Below are positions 53,202-62,981 of a stretch of 64,000 bases of DNA, one piece after another. The position numbers and the translations under genes were made by a program. Origin of the DNA: Chloroflexota bacterium (lineage in GTDB: Bacteria > Chloroflexota > Anaerolineae > B4-G1 > SLSP01); contig DAIUDK010000009.1 of NCBI GenBank assembly GCA_036845725.1, forward strand, positions 394 to 64,393, given 5' to 3'. Below the pieces are notes generated by a model that saw only the letters and a list, made by a program, of their open reading frames with translations, was not told where the DNA came from and ran no database searches. Within the stretch, counting starts at the first letter, position 1, and each line of letters starts with the position of its first letter.

Positions 53202-54470
53202 TCACGACTCAGTCTGAGGAGGTGGGGATGAACGCCGGCGGTCGACCAACCACACCAATCCCACCCCGATCACCGCCAGGCCCATATTCAGCGCAAAGGG
53301 CAGTGAACGGTCAAGCGCGGAGAGCTGCCCGGCGATCCAACCGAACGGCGAAGTGATCAGGATCAAAATGACATACACCATCGCGCTGATACGCGCGCGC
53401 TCATGCGATTCCAGCGCCACGGCCAGCAAAGATTCGGTCATCGGGTGGAGCAAAGCTACGGCGACGCCCTCGAGCACCACACTGATTACCAACAAAGGCA
53501 CCGCCTGCGGCGGCATAAAAACAAGCAGTGCCTCGCCGGCGAAGTAGGCCGTAAACCCGGCCCACAATGGCAATCGAAAGCGCAGCAAGTTGGTGAGTCG
53601 CGGACCAATCAGAAAGAAACACACGGTGCTCACGAGCGAGCGCAACATCACATAGAGCGCTATACTCGACTCGGCAAAGCCGAGCTTGGTGGTGAACAAC
53701 ACGCTCCAAAAACTGCCGTGGACGACGCCCAAAATGCTGGTAATGGCCATCAGGGACAGCGCCGCCAGGAGAGGCTTGGTGTGAAAGAGTTGGCGAAAAA
53801 CGCCGCCATACTCACCCAGCAGGCTGAATAGAGACCGGTGGCGGGTTTCGACGATGCGCTGCCGGCCGCGATCCGTTTCGTGGGAATAGATATACAATAC
53901 CACAGCCTTGATCGTTAGCATCAAAAAGCCAAAGAATAATAACCCCCGCATCGCCGGCACCAAGCCAAAGCGCGCCACAAACCACCCGCCCAGCGGCGTG
54001 AAGAAAGATGCGCAAATCCCGAAAATCGTCACCCAGGTCCAGATGTGCACCAGATGGCGTTGCTCGGCGTCTTCGACCATCAAGCAGGTCCAGGCGGTGT
54101 GCGAGATACGGTACAGGCCGTTCAGCATCGCTGCAATGATGAAAAAGCGCATATCCTGCGCCACGGCCCAGATCAGGCAGGGCACGCTCCATGAGACCAG
54201 GTCGGTGATGAAGAGGGTCAAACGACGGCCATACTTATCGACGATCACGCCGCTGAGCAGAGCGGCGAAAACCTGGAGCAACAGTCCCAGGCTGGCAATC
54301 GTTCCAATCCCCTGGTCCGTTACCCCCAGGGCCAGCATATACACCGACATAAATGGAGAGAACAGATTGAAGGGCACGCCGAACATAGGCTCGGTGAGCA
54401 CGGTGACGCGCGGGTTGCCCTTAAGCTCGCGCAACGTTTGAAAGAGCGAGTGTTTCAAGATGGTCGCCAA
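53202..54470 (-). CDS. MFS transporter
   Basis: 12 predicted TM helices; MFS loop motif GVIVDKYGRR. Confidence 0.75.
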   Translation of the reverse strand: MATILKHSLFQTLRELKGNPRVTVLTEPMFGVPFNLFSPFMSVYMLALGVTDQGIGTIASLGLLLQVFAALLSGVIVDKYGRRLTLFITDLVSWSVPCLIWAVAQDMRFFIIAAMLNGLYRISHTAWTCLMVEDAEQRHLVHIWTWVTIFGICASFFTPLGGWFVARFGLVPAMRGLLFFGFLMLTIKAVVLYIYSHETDRGRQRIVETRHRSLFSLLGEYGGVFRQLFHTKPLLAALSLMAITSILGVVHGSFWSVLFTTKLGFAESSIALYVMLRSLVSTVCFFLIGPRLTNLLRFRLPLWAGFTAYFAGEALLVFMPPQAVPLLVISVVLEGVAVALLHPMTESLLAVALESHERARISAMVYVILILITSPFGWIAGQLSALDRSLPFALNMGLAVIGVGLVWLVDRRRSSPPPQTES

Positions 54471-54577
54471 GTTTTTCCTCCAACAAGATGATATCTGAAC
54501 CGGACCAGAACAGTTCCCTTAAGGTCTGCAAATAGACAATACGATATACCGGGCCGCGTCCAGGCGTGCTTTCCATG

Positions 54578-54586
54578 TGCTATAAT
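54578..54586 (+). promoter_or_regulatory. Extended -10 element TGcTATAAT in an AT-rich 386-bp intergenic island upstream of the efflux operon
   Basis: ttccatgtgctataatcc; would give a ~260-nt leader. Confidence 0.4.
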
Positions 54587-54856
54587 CCAGTGATTGACTA
54601 CCGGAGTTATATCCCCAATCCGTAATTTATCAATGCTGAAAGCCCGGTAGTTGCCCATATTCCGTCGCAGAGTAAGCCGCAGTTGCCAGGTATGAAACAA
54701 AGCGGCCTTCTTCGCGTACTTCATATGCATTGCGATGAACCGAAATGACCGAATAAAAAACACTGCCGGCACGTTAGTACAATTAGGGCAAGAAACAGGG
54801 ATTGAAAGTAGCCTCTTGACTCTGAAAGCATATTCGTAATTCGTTATTGGAGACCT

Positions 54857-57151
54857 ATGCTCGACATTCTAAAATACTTCTGGCGGCGCAAGGTGCGCAC
54901 AGCGTTGACCGTTTTAGCGGTCACGGTAGGCATTTTCGCGGTGACGGCTGTCGGCGGGATCGCCGAACAGTTGAACCGTTCTATCGTGGCATATGAACGG
55001 GACCCGCTGCAACGCATCACGGCTTTGCCACGCGACTACACCTGGCTGTTGGGCGACACGTTCGCCCGGCAAGTGCGCCGGTTGGAAGGCGTAGCCGGCG
55101 TCGTGACAACGGTCAGCGGCTATCTGGATCCGCCGGAGGAAAACACGGCCGTCATCCTGGTGAACCCTGAGGCGTTTATGGGTGTGCAGTCCGACATCCC
55201 CGGTCTGGAATACGAGCCGCCCGTTCCCGGCCTGAAATTGTGGGCCGGGCGCTTGCCGTCGCCGTCCAGCCGCGTCGAAGCAGTCGTCACCTGGGCGTTG
55301 GCTGATTCGATGAACCTCAAAGTGGGTGACACACTGATGATCCAGGAACGCCCCTTCACCATCGTCGGCATCTGGGAGAAAGCGCCCGCCGCCGAGGGCC
55401 GCACGGCCACGGTCAACTACGACGTGGCGCTGGATATGCTGGGCGATGCGGTGTATAAGCAAATCACCGTGATCCCCAAGCCGGGCGTGGACCCTGAGGC
55501 GCTGGCGGTGACGATCGAAGAACTGTTCCCCGAAGCGCAGGCCAACTCCCCCGCTGAGAGCGTGGCGCAGGCGCGCCAACAGGTGCTGATCTTTTCGGCG
55601 GTGGTGGGGGCAAGCGGCATTATGTCCCTGCTGATCGGCACGTTCACGATTGTCAACACGATGGTAGTGAGCGTGCAGGAACGCCGCCGCGAGATCGGCC
55701 TGAAGAAGGCGCTGGGCGCCGAAGACGGCCACATCCTCACTGAGGTGGTGATCGAGGCAGTGTTGATCGCCATCATCGGGGGTATCGTGGGCGTGGGCGG
55801 CGGCGCGTTGCTGGGAGCGGCAGCTAATCGCCTGTTGGCGACCAGCGCGGGGATGCAGCTCTACACGCTGACGCCGCGCCTGGGCATTGGCATCGTGGTT
55901 TTCAGCATCGTGATGGGGGCCATCGCCGGCATCTACCCGGCGTGGCAGGCGGCCCGCCTCGACCCGGTGGTGGCCCTGCGCGACGGCGGCAGCGTCTCCT
56001 ATGCCGGGCGCGGCCTCAAACGCTGGCTCTATCTGATCCGCCGCAACGCGCGCAACATCTTCACGGTGGGCGGCATCGCCATCGGCATCTTCGCGCTGGT
56101 CGTGCTCGGCAGCCTGACCGAGGCGCTGATGACCTACATGCGCAACGTCACCTCCGAGACGGAGACGCTGTTGATGGTGACGTCTGACGGCAATGCGCCG
56201 GTGACGCGCGGCACGTCGCGGCTGCTGCGGCGCTTGCCCGGCGTTGCGGATGTGATCCTCACCAACATAGACGAATTGCCTATCAACTTCAGCGGGCAAG
56301 AGGGCGGCGAGGAAACCAAAGTGCAGATTTGGGCAAGCGAATCGCGCAGCGGCGACATGGGCATGGCCATGCCGGTGCGCAACGAAATCGCGGTGGGACG
56401 GTTCGCCGCGCCTGGCAGCAAAGATGAGATCGTGTTGGGCGCGGGGTTGGCCACCAGCCAGGGCGCGAGCGTCGGCGACGTGGTGCTGGTGGACGGGAAA
56501 CCCTTTACAGTGGTGGGCATCTGGGGACGCATCGCGTTCGACGTGGGCGGCCACGATATGGCGGCGTTTATGACGATGGAGGCGCTCTCGTGGCTGCAAG
56601 GCGCTGCCGGCAACGTCGCTGGCGTCGCCGTGCGGGCCGCATCCATCTCGGCGACGAAGACCCTTGCCGCCACCATTAAGGAGGAAATGCCCGGCCTGGA
56701 CGTGCTCTACATCACCGAATTGCTCGGCAGCATCCAGAAAGTCTTTATGGGATTGATCGCGGCGTTGGTGGGCATCTTCTCGATTGCCGTCTTCGTCGGC
56801 AGCATCTCGGTGATCAACACGATGGTGATCGCCGTCAACGAGCAGACGCGCCAGATCGGCCTCAAAAAGGCCGTCGGGGCGGAAGACGGCGACATCCTGG
56901 CCGAGGTGCTGATGGACGCGGCCAAACTGGGTGGCATCGGTGGCGTGATCGGGGTCGGTATGGCCTGGGTGACAACCCTCGTCTTGAACCCGGTGATGCA
57001 GGCGCAGATCAACCTGGACATCCTGCGGCTTTCGCCCCGGCTGGCCGTCGCCGCAATCATCTTCGGCATCGTGTTGGGGATGGCGTCCGGGCTGCTGCCG
57101 GCGCGCCGCGCGTCGCGGTTGGATCCGGTGGTAGCGTTGCATGCAGATTAG
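54857..57151 (+). CDS. MacB-type ABC transporter permease with two FtsX domains (internally duplicated)
   Basis: Each half has an N-terminal TM, an extracytoplasmic domain and an FtsX TM bundle; REIGLKKALGAEDGHIL and RQIGLKKAVGAEDGDIL repeats. Confidence 0.75.
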   Translation: MLDILKYFWRRKVRTALTVLAVTVGIFAVTAVGGIAEQLNRSIVAYERDPLQRITALPRDYTWLLGDTFARQVRRLEGVAGVVTTVSGYLDPPEENTAVILVNPEAFMGVQSDIPGLEYEPPVPGLKLWAGRLPSPSSRVEAVVTWALADSMNLKVGDTLMIQERPFTIVGIWEKAPAAEGRTATVNYDVALDMLGDAVYKQITVIPKPGVDPEALAVTIEELFPEAQANSPAESVAQARQQVLIFSAVVGASGIMSLLIGTFTIVNTMVVSVQERRREIGLKKALGAEDGHILTEVVIEAVLIAIIGGIVGVGGGALLGAAANRLLATSAGMQLYTLTPRLGIGIVVFSIVMGAIAGIYPAWQAARLDPVVALRDGGSVSYAGRGLKRWLYLIRRNARNIFTVGGIAIGIFALVVLGSLTEALMTYMRNVTSETETLLMVTSDGNAPVTRGTSRLLRRLPGVADVILTNIDELPINFSGQEGGEETKVQIWASESRSGDMGMAMPVRNEIAVGRFAAPGSKDEIVLGAGLATSQGASVGDVVLVDGKPFTVVGIWGRIAFDVGGHDMAAFMTMEALSWLQGAAGNVAGVAVRAASISATKTLAATIKEEMPGLDVLYITELLGSIQKVFMGLIAALVGIFSIAVFVGSISVINTMVIAVNEQTRQIGLKKAVGAEDGDILAEVLMDAAKLGGIGGVIGVGMAWVTTLVLNPVMQAQINLDILRLSPRLAVAAIIFGIVLGMASGLLPARRASRLDPVVALHAD

Positions 57152-57218
57152 GAATGAGGAATTAGAAATTAGAAGTGAGAAGTGAAATATAAGGAATCGA
57201 GGATAGGAGAGAATTCAC

Positions 57219-58382
57219 ATGAAACCCAGAAAAGTTTTGTTCATCATCGGCGGGCTGATTGTAGTGGGGATTTTGGCCTTCGTTTTAACGAATCTGTTTC
57301 CGCAACTGCTGAGCCATGATTTGGCGGCATCGGCGTCGGCCACACCGACGGCAGAGCCGCTCGAACAGGTGGTGCGGGCGCGCGGCAGCATCGAGCCAGC
57401 GCAGTCGGCGACGCTGGCGTTCGAGGGTAGCGGCGCAATTGTGGAGTGGCTGGTCAAAGAGGGCGACACGGTGCAGGCTGGCGACGTCTTGGGGCGGCTG
57501 GACACGGCCAAGCTCGATCTGACGCTGCAAGAGGCGCAACTCGACCTGGAGACGGCGCAGCTACGGCTGGCGCAGGCCGAAAAAGACCTGGCGCAGCAGC
57601 AGGCCGAAGCCGAACTGGCGCTGCGCACCGCCGAGGCGCGATTGGCCCAGGCGAAGATGCGCTATCCTTCGCTGACCGCCGCCGAGATCCGCCTGCAGAA
57701 CGCGCGCGAGGCCGAAGCGTACGCCCAGGACGAGTACAACAAGTCGCTGGATCGGGCGTGGGAGACGGTGGACGAGCGCGAGGCCTACCGCAAGGGCGTG
57801 GTTCAGGCCACAAACGACCGCAAGATCGCCGAGGCTGACCTGGCAGCGGTGCGGTCGGAGCAGGCGGCAAACGCGCAGGACGTCGCCATTCTGGAAGACG
57901 AGGTCGCCAAGGCTCAACTTTACCTGCAAAAGCTGGCGCAAGGCATCGATCCGACGCTGGCGCAGGACATCGAGCGCGCCAAACTGCGGATAACGCAAGC
58001 CCGGGCCGAGCTGGCGCTGACCACGCTGACCGCGCCCTTCGACGGTACGGTGCTCAAGCTGCACTACCGGGCAGGCGACTGGGCGCAGCCCGGCGTCGAG
58101 GCCGTGCTGCTGGCTGACCTGACCTCGCTGCGCATCGAAACCACCGACCTGGACGAGTGGAGCATGACGCGCATCCGCGTCGGCAGCCCGGTGGAGGTGA
58201 CCTTCACCGCCTTCGACGACAAAACGATGACCGGGTACGTGACCGAGATCGCCACACGCGGCGAGGCGCTTTCGGGCGGCGACGTGATGTACCGCACGAT
58301 CATCGTATTGGACGAACCCGATCCCAACCTGCGCTGGGGGATGACCGTGCGGGTGACGATTCCGGTGGAAGCGGCGCAGTAG
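57219..58382 (+). CDS. Efflux periplasmic adaptor (HlyD/MacA family membrane fusion protein)
   Basis: N-terminal TM; lipoyl-like VKEGDTVQAGDVLGRLD; long coiled-coil; beta-barrel LTAPFDGTVLKL. Confidence 0.75.
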   Translation: MKPRKVLFIIGGLIVVGILAFVLTNLFPQLLSHDLAASASATPTAEPLEQVVRARGSIEPAQSATLAFEGSGAIVEWLVKEGDTVQAGDVLGRLDTAKLDLTLQEAQLDLETAQLRLAQAEKDLAQQQAEAELALRTAEARLAQAKMRYPSLTAAEIRLQNAREAEAYAQDEYNKSLDRAWETVDEREAYRKGVVQATNDRKIAEADLAAVRSEQAANAQDVAILEDEVAKAQLYLQKLAQGIDPTLAQDIERAKLRITQARAELALTTLTAPFDGTVLKLHYRAGDWAQPGVEAVLLADLTSLRIETTDLDEWSMTRIRVGSPVEVTFTAFDDKTMTGYVTEIATRGEALSGGDVMYRTIIVLDEPDPNLRWGMTVRVTIPVEAAQ

Positions 58383-58391
58383 GAGGGGACG

Positions 58392-59072
58392 ATGATTGTC
58401 GAAGCGCGAGAATTGGTCAAAATCTATCCAATGGGCAAGCTGGAGGTCCAGGCGCTGCGCGGTGTCACGCTGGGCATCGAATCCGGCGCGTTCATCTCGG
58501 TGATGGGGCCTTCGGGGAGCGGCAAGTCCACGCTCCTGAACATCCTGGGCTGTATGGATCGCCCCTCCGACGGCACGGTGCTGCTGGATGGCGTCGATTT
58601 GTCAAAGGTGAAGCCCCGGCAGTTGCCCAGGATTCGCCGGGAGAAGGTGGGCTTCGTCTTCCAGCAATACCAGTTGCTCGGACATCTGACCGCGTTGGAA
58701 AACGTCATGCTGCCGCTGCGCTACGCCGACACCGGACGGCGCGCCGCCCGCAAGCGCGCGCTGGACGTGCTGGAACAGGTGGGACTGGCGGACCGCGCGC
58801 ACCACCGCCCTACGGAAATGTCGGGCGGGCAGCAGCAGCGCGTGGCGATTGCGCGGGCGCTCATCAACCGCCCGGCGATCGTCCTCGCCGACGAGCCGAC
58901 GGGCAACCTCGACTCGAAATCCGGCGACGAAATCCTCGACCTGATGCGCGTGCTCAACGAGGCGGGTCAGACCTTCATCATCGTCACCCACGATCCGCGC
59001 GTAGCGGAACGCACCGACCGCACAATTTACTTACGCGATGGGGAAGTGGAATCGGAGGTAACGCGAACTTAG
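58392..59072 (+). CDS. ABC transporter ATP-binding protein (MacB/LolD type)
   Basis: Walker [10 protein letters not shown]; signature MSGGQQQRV; Walker [13 protein letters not shown]. Confidence 0.85.
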   Translation: MIVEARELVKIYPMGKLEVQALRGVTLGIESGAFISVMGPSGSGKSTLLNILGCMDRPSDGTVLLDGVDLSKVKPRQLPRIRREKVGFVFQQYQLLGHLTALENVMLPLRYADTGRRAARKRALDVLEQVGLADRAHHRPTEMSGGQQQRVAIARALINRPAIVLADEPTGNLDSKSGDEILDLMRVLNEAGQTFIIVTHDPRVAERTDRTIYLRDGEVESEVTRT

Positions 59073-59083
59073 GAGAGCATTGC

Positions 59084-60286
59084 TCACTGGATAGCGGGCA
59101 AAAGGTTGTTTTCCAGGATTTCGATGGGTGTGTTGCCGTTTTCGGAACGACTGGTGAATACCACCACTAGATCGAGGTCAGGGATCACCACAATGTGCTG
59201 CCCCAGGAGGCCACGGGCCTCGAAGACCCGGTATGGCAAATCCGGGATCAGCCACCATTGGTACCCATAGCCCCAGCCGTCCAGCGGCGCGGCGCTCGTG
59301 GCGTGCCAGGTTGTGGACGCCGTCACCCACGCTGCCGGGACAAGCTGGACACCATCCCACTCCCCCTGGCGAAGATAGAGATAGCCCAGTTTCACCATAT
59401 CCCGCGTGGTCAATGACAGCCCCCACCCGCCGATGTTGACGCCCTGCGGATCGGTGCGCCAGCTCACACCGGCGATGCCCAACGGTGCGAACAAACGTTC
59501 CTCGGCGTAGGCCAGCGTCGATTGCCCCGTCGCCGCGTGCAGCAGGGCCGAAAGTAGATGTGACGCGCCGCTGTTGTAGCAGAAAACTGCGCCAGGTTCG
59601 TGCGCCACCGGCTGCGCCAGCACAAACGCCATCCAGTCTGGACTCGCGATCATCTGCCGCATGCCGTCGCCGTTGTACGGCGCCATCTCGTACCAGTCCA
59701 AACCGGCAGTCATCGTCAGGAGATGCGCGATGGTCATCCGGCGCTTGCGTTCGTCGAGCATATCCGGGGCGATCTCCGGGAAAAAGTCGAGCACGGGTTG
59801 GTCGACGCTGCGGATGTAGCCATCTTCAATCGCCATCCCGATTAGGATGGAGATGACGCTCTTTGTCGCGGAAAAGAGATGCTGCGCGCTATCCGGCTGG
59901 AACGGCGCGAAGTATTCCTCCGCCACCAGGAAGCCGTTGCGGACGACGAAAAGGCTGTTGATGCCAAAATCACCCTCGCGAACGGTGTCAAACGCCGCCC
60001 GTAGCGCGTGTGGATCGATGCCCTGTTCCTCGGGTGCGGCGGTGGGCCATCCTGTCGTGGGCCACTGCGCCGCGCGCACCGCAGCAAGTTCGGGCGTGGG
60101 CGTTGCGGGAACGGGCGTCGCCGGTGTAGCCATCGCGGACGATAAGGCCACCGTCGCCGTTGGCGTACTGGTAGCGAGAGCGGTAGGGGACAGCGCTGTT
60201 GCCGTGTAGCCGGGTAGAGATGGACTTTCGACTGTCGTGCAGGCGCACGTGAAGAGTGCCAGCCCGACGATGAGACACAGAGACAA
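59084..60286 (-). CDS. Secreted/lipoprotein serine hydrolase of the beta-lactamase (class C / PBP-like) fold
   Basis: SxxK motif FSATKSV; YxN-like and later motifs. TTG start at 60286 gives signal MSLCLIVGLALFTCAC followed by a P/T/A-rich linker. The Arg-rich 60287-60607 extension in the track overlaps the LLM gene and is rejected. Confidence 0.6.
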   Translation of the reverse strand: MSLCLIVGLALFTCACTTVESPSLPGYTATALSPTALATSTPTATVALSSAMATPATPVPATPTPELAAVRAAQWPTTGWPTAAPEEQGIDPHALRAAFDTVREGDFGINSLFVVRNGFLVAEEYFAPFQPDSAQHLFSATKSVISILIGMAIEDGYIRSVDQPVLDFFPEIAPDMLDERKRRMTIAHLLTMTAGLDWYEMAPYNGDGMRQMIASPDWMAFVLAQPVAHEPGAVFCYNSGASHLLSALLHAATGQSTLAYAEERLFAPLGIAGVSWRTDPQGVNIGGWGLSLTTRDMVKLGYLYLRQGEWDGVQLVPAAWVTASTTWHATSAAPLDGWGYGYQWWLIPDLPYRVFEARGLLGQHIVVIPDLDLVVVFTSRSENGNTPIEILENNLLPAIQ

Positions 60287-60297
60287 AAGCGTTCGTC

Positions 60298-61158
60298 TCA
60301 AGCGATCACCGGCGGGCCTTGCAGGACGCGCTCGCGCATCGCTTCGACCGGCCACTCGTCTTCCAAGCCCTTGCCCGCCATAAAAGGGGCAATCATTTCC
60401 AGCCACCACGTCGCGCCACGCCGGGCGCGTTCTGCGACCGCGGCTGCGGCGCGCGCGGGTTCCGCACCGGGCGTCATCCCCACACAGACAATGTCCAGGG
60501 GACGTTCCTGCTGACGACGCGCTTTCACATACGCGACCGCCTCCTCCAATTGGGCGAGTTCTTCGGTTTCTTCCCAGGTCTGGAATAACGGGAACACGCC
60601 ATCCCATTTGGCGGCGCGCCGGAAGGGCGCTTTGTTGGGCCAGAAACCACCCACCCAGATGGGGATGCGGGGCTGCTGCAGCGGTTTAGGGAGAAAGTGC
60701 GCCTTGGCGATGTGATAATGTTGCCCGGCATAGCTGAAAGGCTCCCCACTCCACAAGCCGACCAGTACATCGAGAGCTTCATCCAGCATCGCGCCGCGCT
60801 TCTTGAGATCGGCCTCCTCGCCCAGGTCGTTCCACTCGGCCTCGCCGAGACCAATTCCCACGGAGAGCGTCAGCCGTCCGCCGGAAAGGTGGTCGAGCGA
60901 GACAGTTTCACGGGCCAGTTTCCAGGGGCGGCGGCGCGGCAGGGGCGTGACCGTCGTCCCAATGCGGAGGCGCTGCGTGTTAAGGGCAATCGCGGTGAGC
61001 GCAACCCAGGGATCGACAAAAGGTAGCGCGTGTCCTGCCATATGATCCCACAGGAAAAAGCCATCCCACCCCGCGTTTTCTGCGTCGCGGGCCAGGTCGG
61101 CTAACACACGCGCATCCCCGTAAGGGCCAAAGTTGGGTAAGTATATACCGTATTGCAT
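60298..61158 (-). CDS. LLM-class (luciferase-like) flavin/F420-dependent oxidoreductase
   Basis: MQYGIYLPNFGPYGD...GWDGFFLWDHM...LTLSVGIGLGEAEW pattern typical of the LLM family. Confidence 0.7.
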   Translation of the reverse strand: MQYGIYLPNFGPYGDARVLADLARDAENAGWDGFFLWDHMAGHALPFVDPWVALTAIALNTQRLRIGTTVTPLPRRRPWKLARETVSLDHLSGGRLTLSVGIGLGEAEWNDLGEEADLKKRGAMLDEALDVLVGLWSGEPFSYAGQHYHIAKAHFLPKPLQQPRIPIWVGGFWPNKAPFRRAAKWDGVFPLFQTWEETEELAQLEEAVAYVKARRQQERPLDIVCVGMTPGAEPARAAAAVAERARRGATWWLEMIAPFMAGKGLEDEWPVEAMRERVLQGPPVIA

Positions 61159-61173
61159 CGTTGCTCCTTTCTT

Positions 61174-62235
61174 TTACCACGGCCATGCCAACTTTTGCCA
61201 GTTGCCGCGACTCGCTGCCGGATAGCCGCCGAAGGTATACCAGATTTCCCGTGTGGCGGGACAGGCTACATTCGCATAAGCAGTGACGGTGTCGCCATCC
61301 CGGGCCTCAATGCCGTCATCGGCCAGAATCTCGATGAGCGCCTTCACCGGAGCGGCGCTGCCGCCCTGAGCGACAAGGCCCTCGACCAGAGTTTCCATGC
61401 GTTCGTAGCGGCTGGTGGTGCTGAGCGGGCCGGTCTCGTGCACCGGCGGCGCCTGCGGATGCACGCAATGATGATTGGTTCCGACAAGCCAGCCTTGCAC
61501 CGGTTCGCGCTTGTAAAAGCCGGTACACGTACATTCGTAGAGGGCATAGGTGTTGGTTTTACCGTCTACGGCGAAGAGCAGCATCCCGCCGTCGCGCTGG
61601 ATGCGGCCCAACAGCGCCTCAAGCTCCGGGAGCGTCCGGCAGGTTTCGAGGGCTTCGACCATAAACGCATAGCAGGGTAGAGCGGGCGTCTCGCCGTCCG
61701 GCGTGTCCCAGGTGGGCAGATAGTTGTAATGAAGCCACAACTGCTCGCGATTGATGCCTGTCGGGGTGAAGACGTCGGCTTCCAACCCAAAGCTGATCGC
61801 CGGGATTCTGCCCGTCACCTCGCGGATAGTGACGTAGCCCCACAGGCCGGGCGCGAAGATGTCGTTGTTCCGCGCGACCCAGACCTGCTGATCAAGTTCG
61901 ATGATCGCCCCGCTGCACTGCGCGGACAGCACGATCTCAAGGTAGGCCCATTCGGCAAGCCGTTGCAATGGAAGGCCCGCGCCTTCAGCCAATCCTTGGA
62001 ACTCATCACGAAAGCGTGGCGGCAGATTGCGCAACCAGGGCAGCGCGCCCGCTCGCCACCGCTCCACGTCGAGCGTGACGTGAGGCGGAATCCGCTCGCG
62101 GGTGTAGCGTTCGATGTTGGTCTCCAGCTTTGCGCCCAAAGACCGGCCCATAGTGTAACCGATCTCAAAAGGGCTGCCGGTCACATGGTAGACGCGCTCC
62201 GCAATACGGGTGTCAGCCGGCTCCATACGCTTCAT
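61174..62235 (-). CDS. C45-family Ntn-hydrolase / acyl-CoA:6-aminopenicillanic-acid acyltransferase-like protein
   Basis: N-terminal [18 protein letters not shown] and putative nucleophile Cys in SAQCSGAII; ~350 aa. Start overlaps the ppa 3' end by ~14-23 nt. Confidence 0.5.
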   Translation of the reverse strand: MKRMEPADTRIAERVYHVTGSPFEIGYTMGRSLGAKLETNIERYTRERIPPHVTLDVERWRAGALPWLRNLPPRFRDEFQGLAEGAGLPLQRLAEWAYLEIVLSAQCSGAIIELDQQVWVARNNDIFAPGLWGYVTIREVTGRIPAISFGLEADVFTPTGINREQLWLHYNYLPTWDTPDGETPALPCYAFMVEALETCRTLPELEALLGRIQRDGGMLLFAVDGKTNTYALYECTCTGFYKREPVQGWLVGTNHHCVHPQAPPVHETGPLSTTSRYERMETLVEGLVAQGGSAAPVKALIEILADDGIEARDGDTVTAYANVACPATREIWYTFGGYPAASRGNWQKLAWPW

Positions 62236-62827
62236 CGTAATCCTCAATTGCCGCCGCGACGACGCGGAAGGCGTGCTCGCGGTCATAGACCCGTTCGACC
62301 GAGAACTGCGAGGGTTCTTCTGGGATCAGTTTATACGTGCTGAAATAGTGCCGCAGGCGTTCCACCAGCACGTCGGGCAAATCCGTTATGTCGGCCACAT
62401 TTCCCCAGAAGCTATCGTTCTCCAGAACGGCCACAATCTTGTCATCGGCCTCGCCGTGATCGATCATTTGCACCCCGCCGACGATCCGCGCGTTTAGAAT
62501 CACCTCCGACTTGGTAATCGGTCGCTCGCTGATGACGCATATATCCAGCGGGTCGCCATCACCGTGCCGCCCCTCGCCGCACAATGCTCCCACATGATCG
62601 CCACAGTACGTGCGTGGAATAAAGCCGTAGAGGGCCGGCGGCTGGGACGAGGTCCGCTGGGGACGGTCGACCCGCAGGTAGCCGGTCACTTTATCCACTT
62701 CGTACTTCACCAGATCGAACGGGGTGATTTCGATGTAAGCGTGCACCAGGCCAGGCGGCTTCTTGCCGACTTCCAATCCATGCCACGGGTGTGGCCGCCA
62801 ACGAAAGAAAGCGCGCGGAAACGTCAT
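62213..62827 (-). CDS. ppa: Inorganic pyrophosphatase (family I)
   Basis: HPWHGL...[26 protein letters not shown]...[10 protein letters not shown]... Confidence 0.85.
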   Translation of the reverse strand: MTFPRAFFRWRPHPWHGLEVGKKPPGLVHAYIEITPFDLVKYEVDKVTGYLRVDRPQRTSSQPPALYGFIPRTYCGDHVGALCGEGRHGDGDPLDICVISERPITKSEVILNARIVGGVQMIDHGEADDKIVAVLENDSFWGNVADITDLPDVLVERLRHYFSTYKLIPEEPSQFSVERVYDREHAFRVVAAAIEDYDEAYGAG

Positions 62828-62981
62828 GGTAAACCTCCTTTAAAACAGTCTGGTCGTCGTTAACAGAATTGAAAGACGCTCGAAGTCAACGCTCCTGGCC
62901 TCTCGTATTTGTATCTTCATGACGTATTCCCCCCATGGTGTGACAATCGAAAGGTTGCGACTGCTTCCGCTATGATGCTTC

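Noticed and set aside
54455-54772. 105-aa minus-strand ORF in the AT-rich intergenic island
   Set aside because: No RBS, atypical composition, and it lies in a probable promoter/leader region; likely non-coding.
54914-57142. 742-aa ORF antisense to the double-FtsX permease
   Set aside because: Arg/His/Asp/Gly-rich, low-complexity translation typical of the antisense strand of high-GC genes; the sense strand has clear FtsX/MacB homology and motifs.
60287-60607. Arg-rich N-terminal extension of the serine hydrolase ORF
   Set aside because: Overlaps the 3' end of the LLM oxidoreductase gene; a TTG start at 60286 yields a plausible signal peptide.
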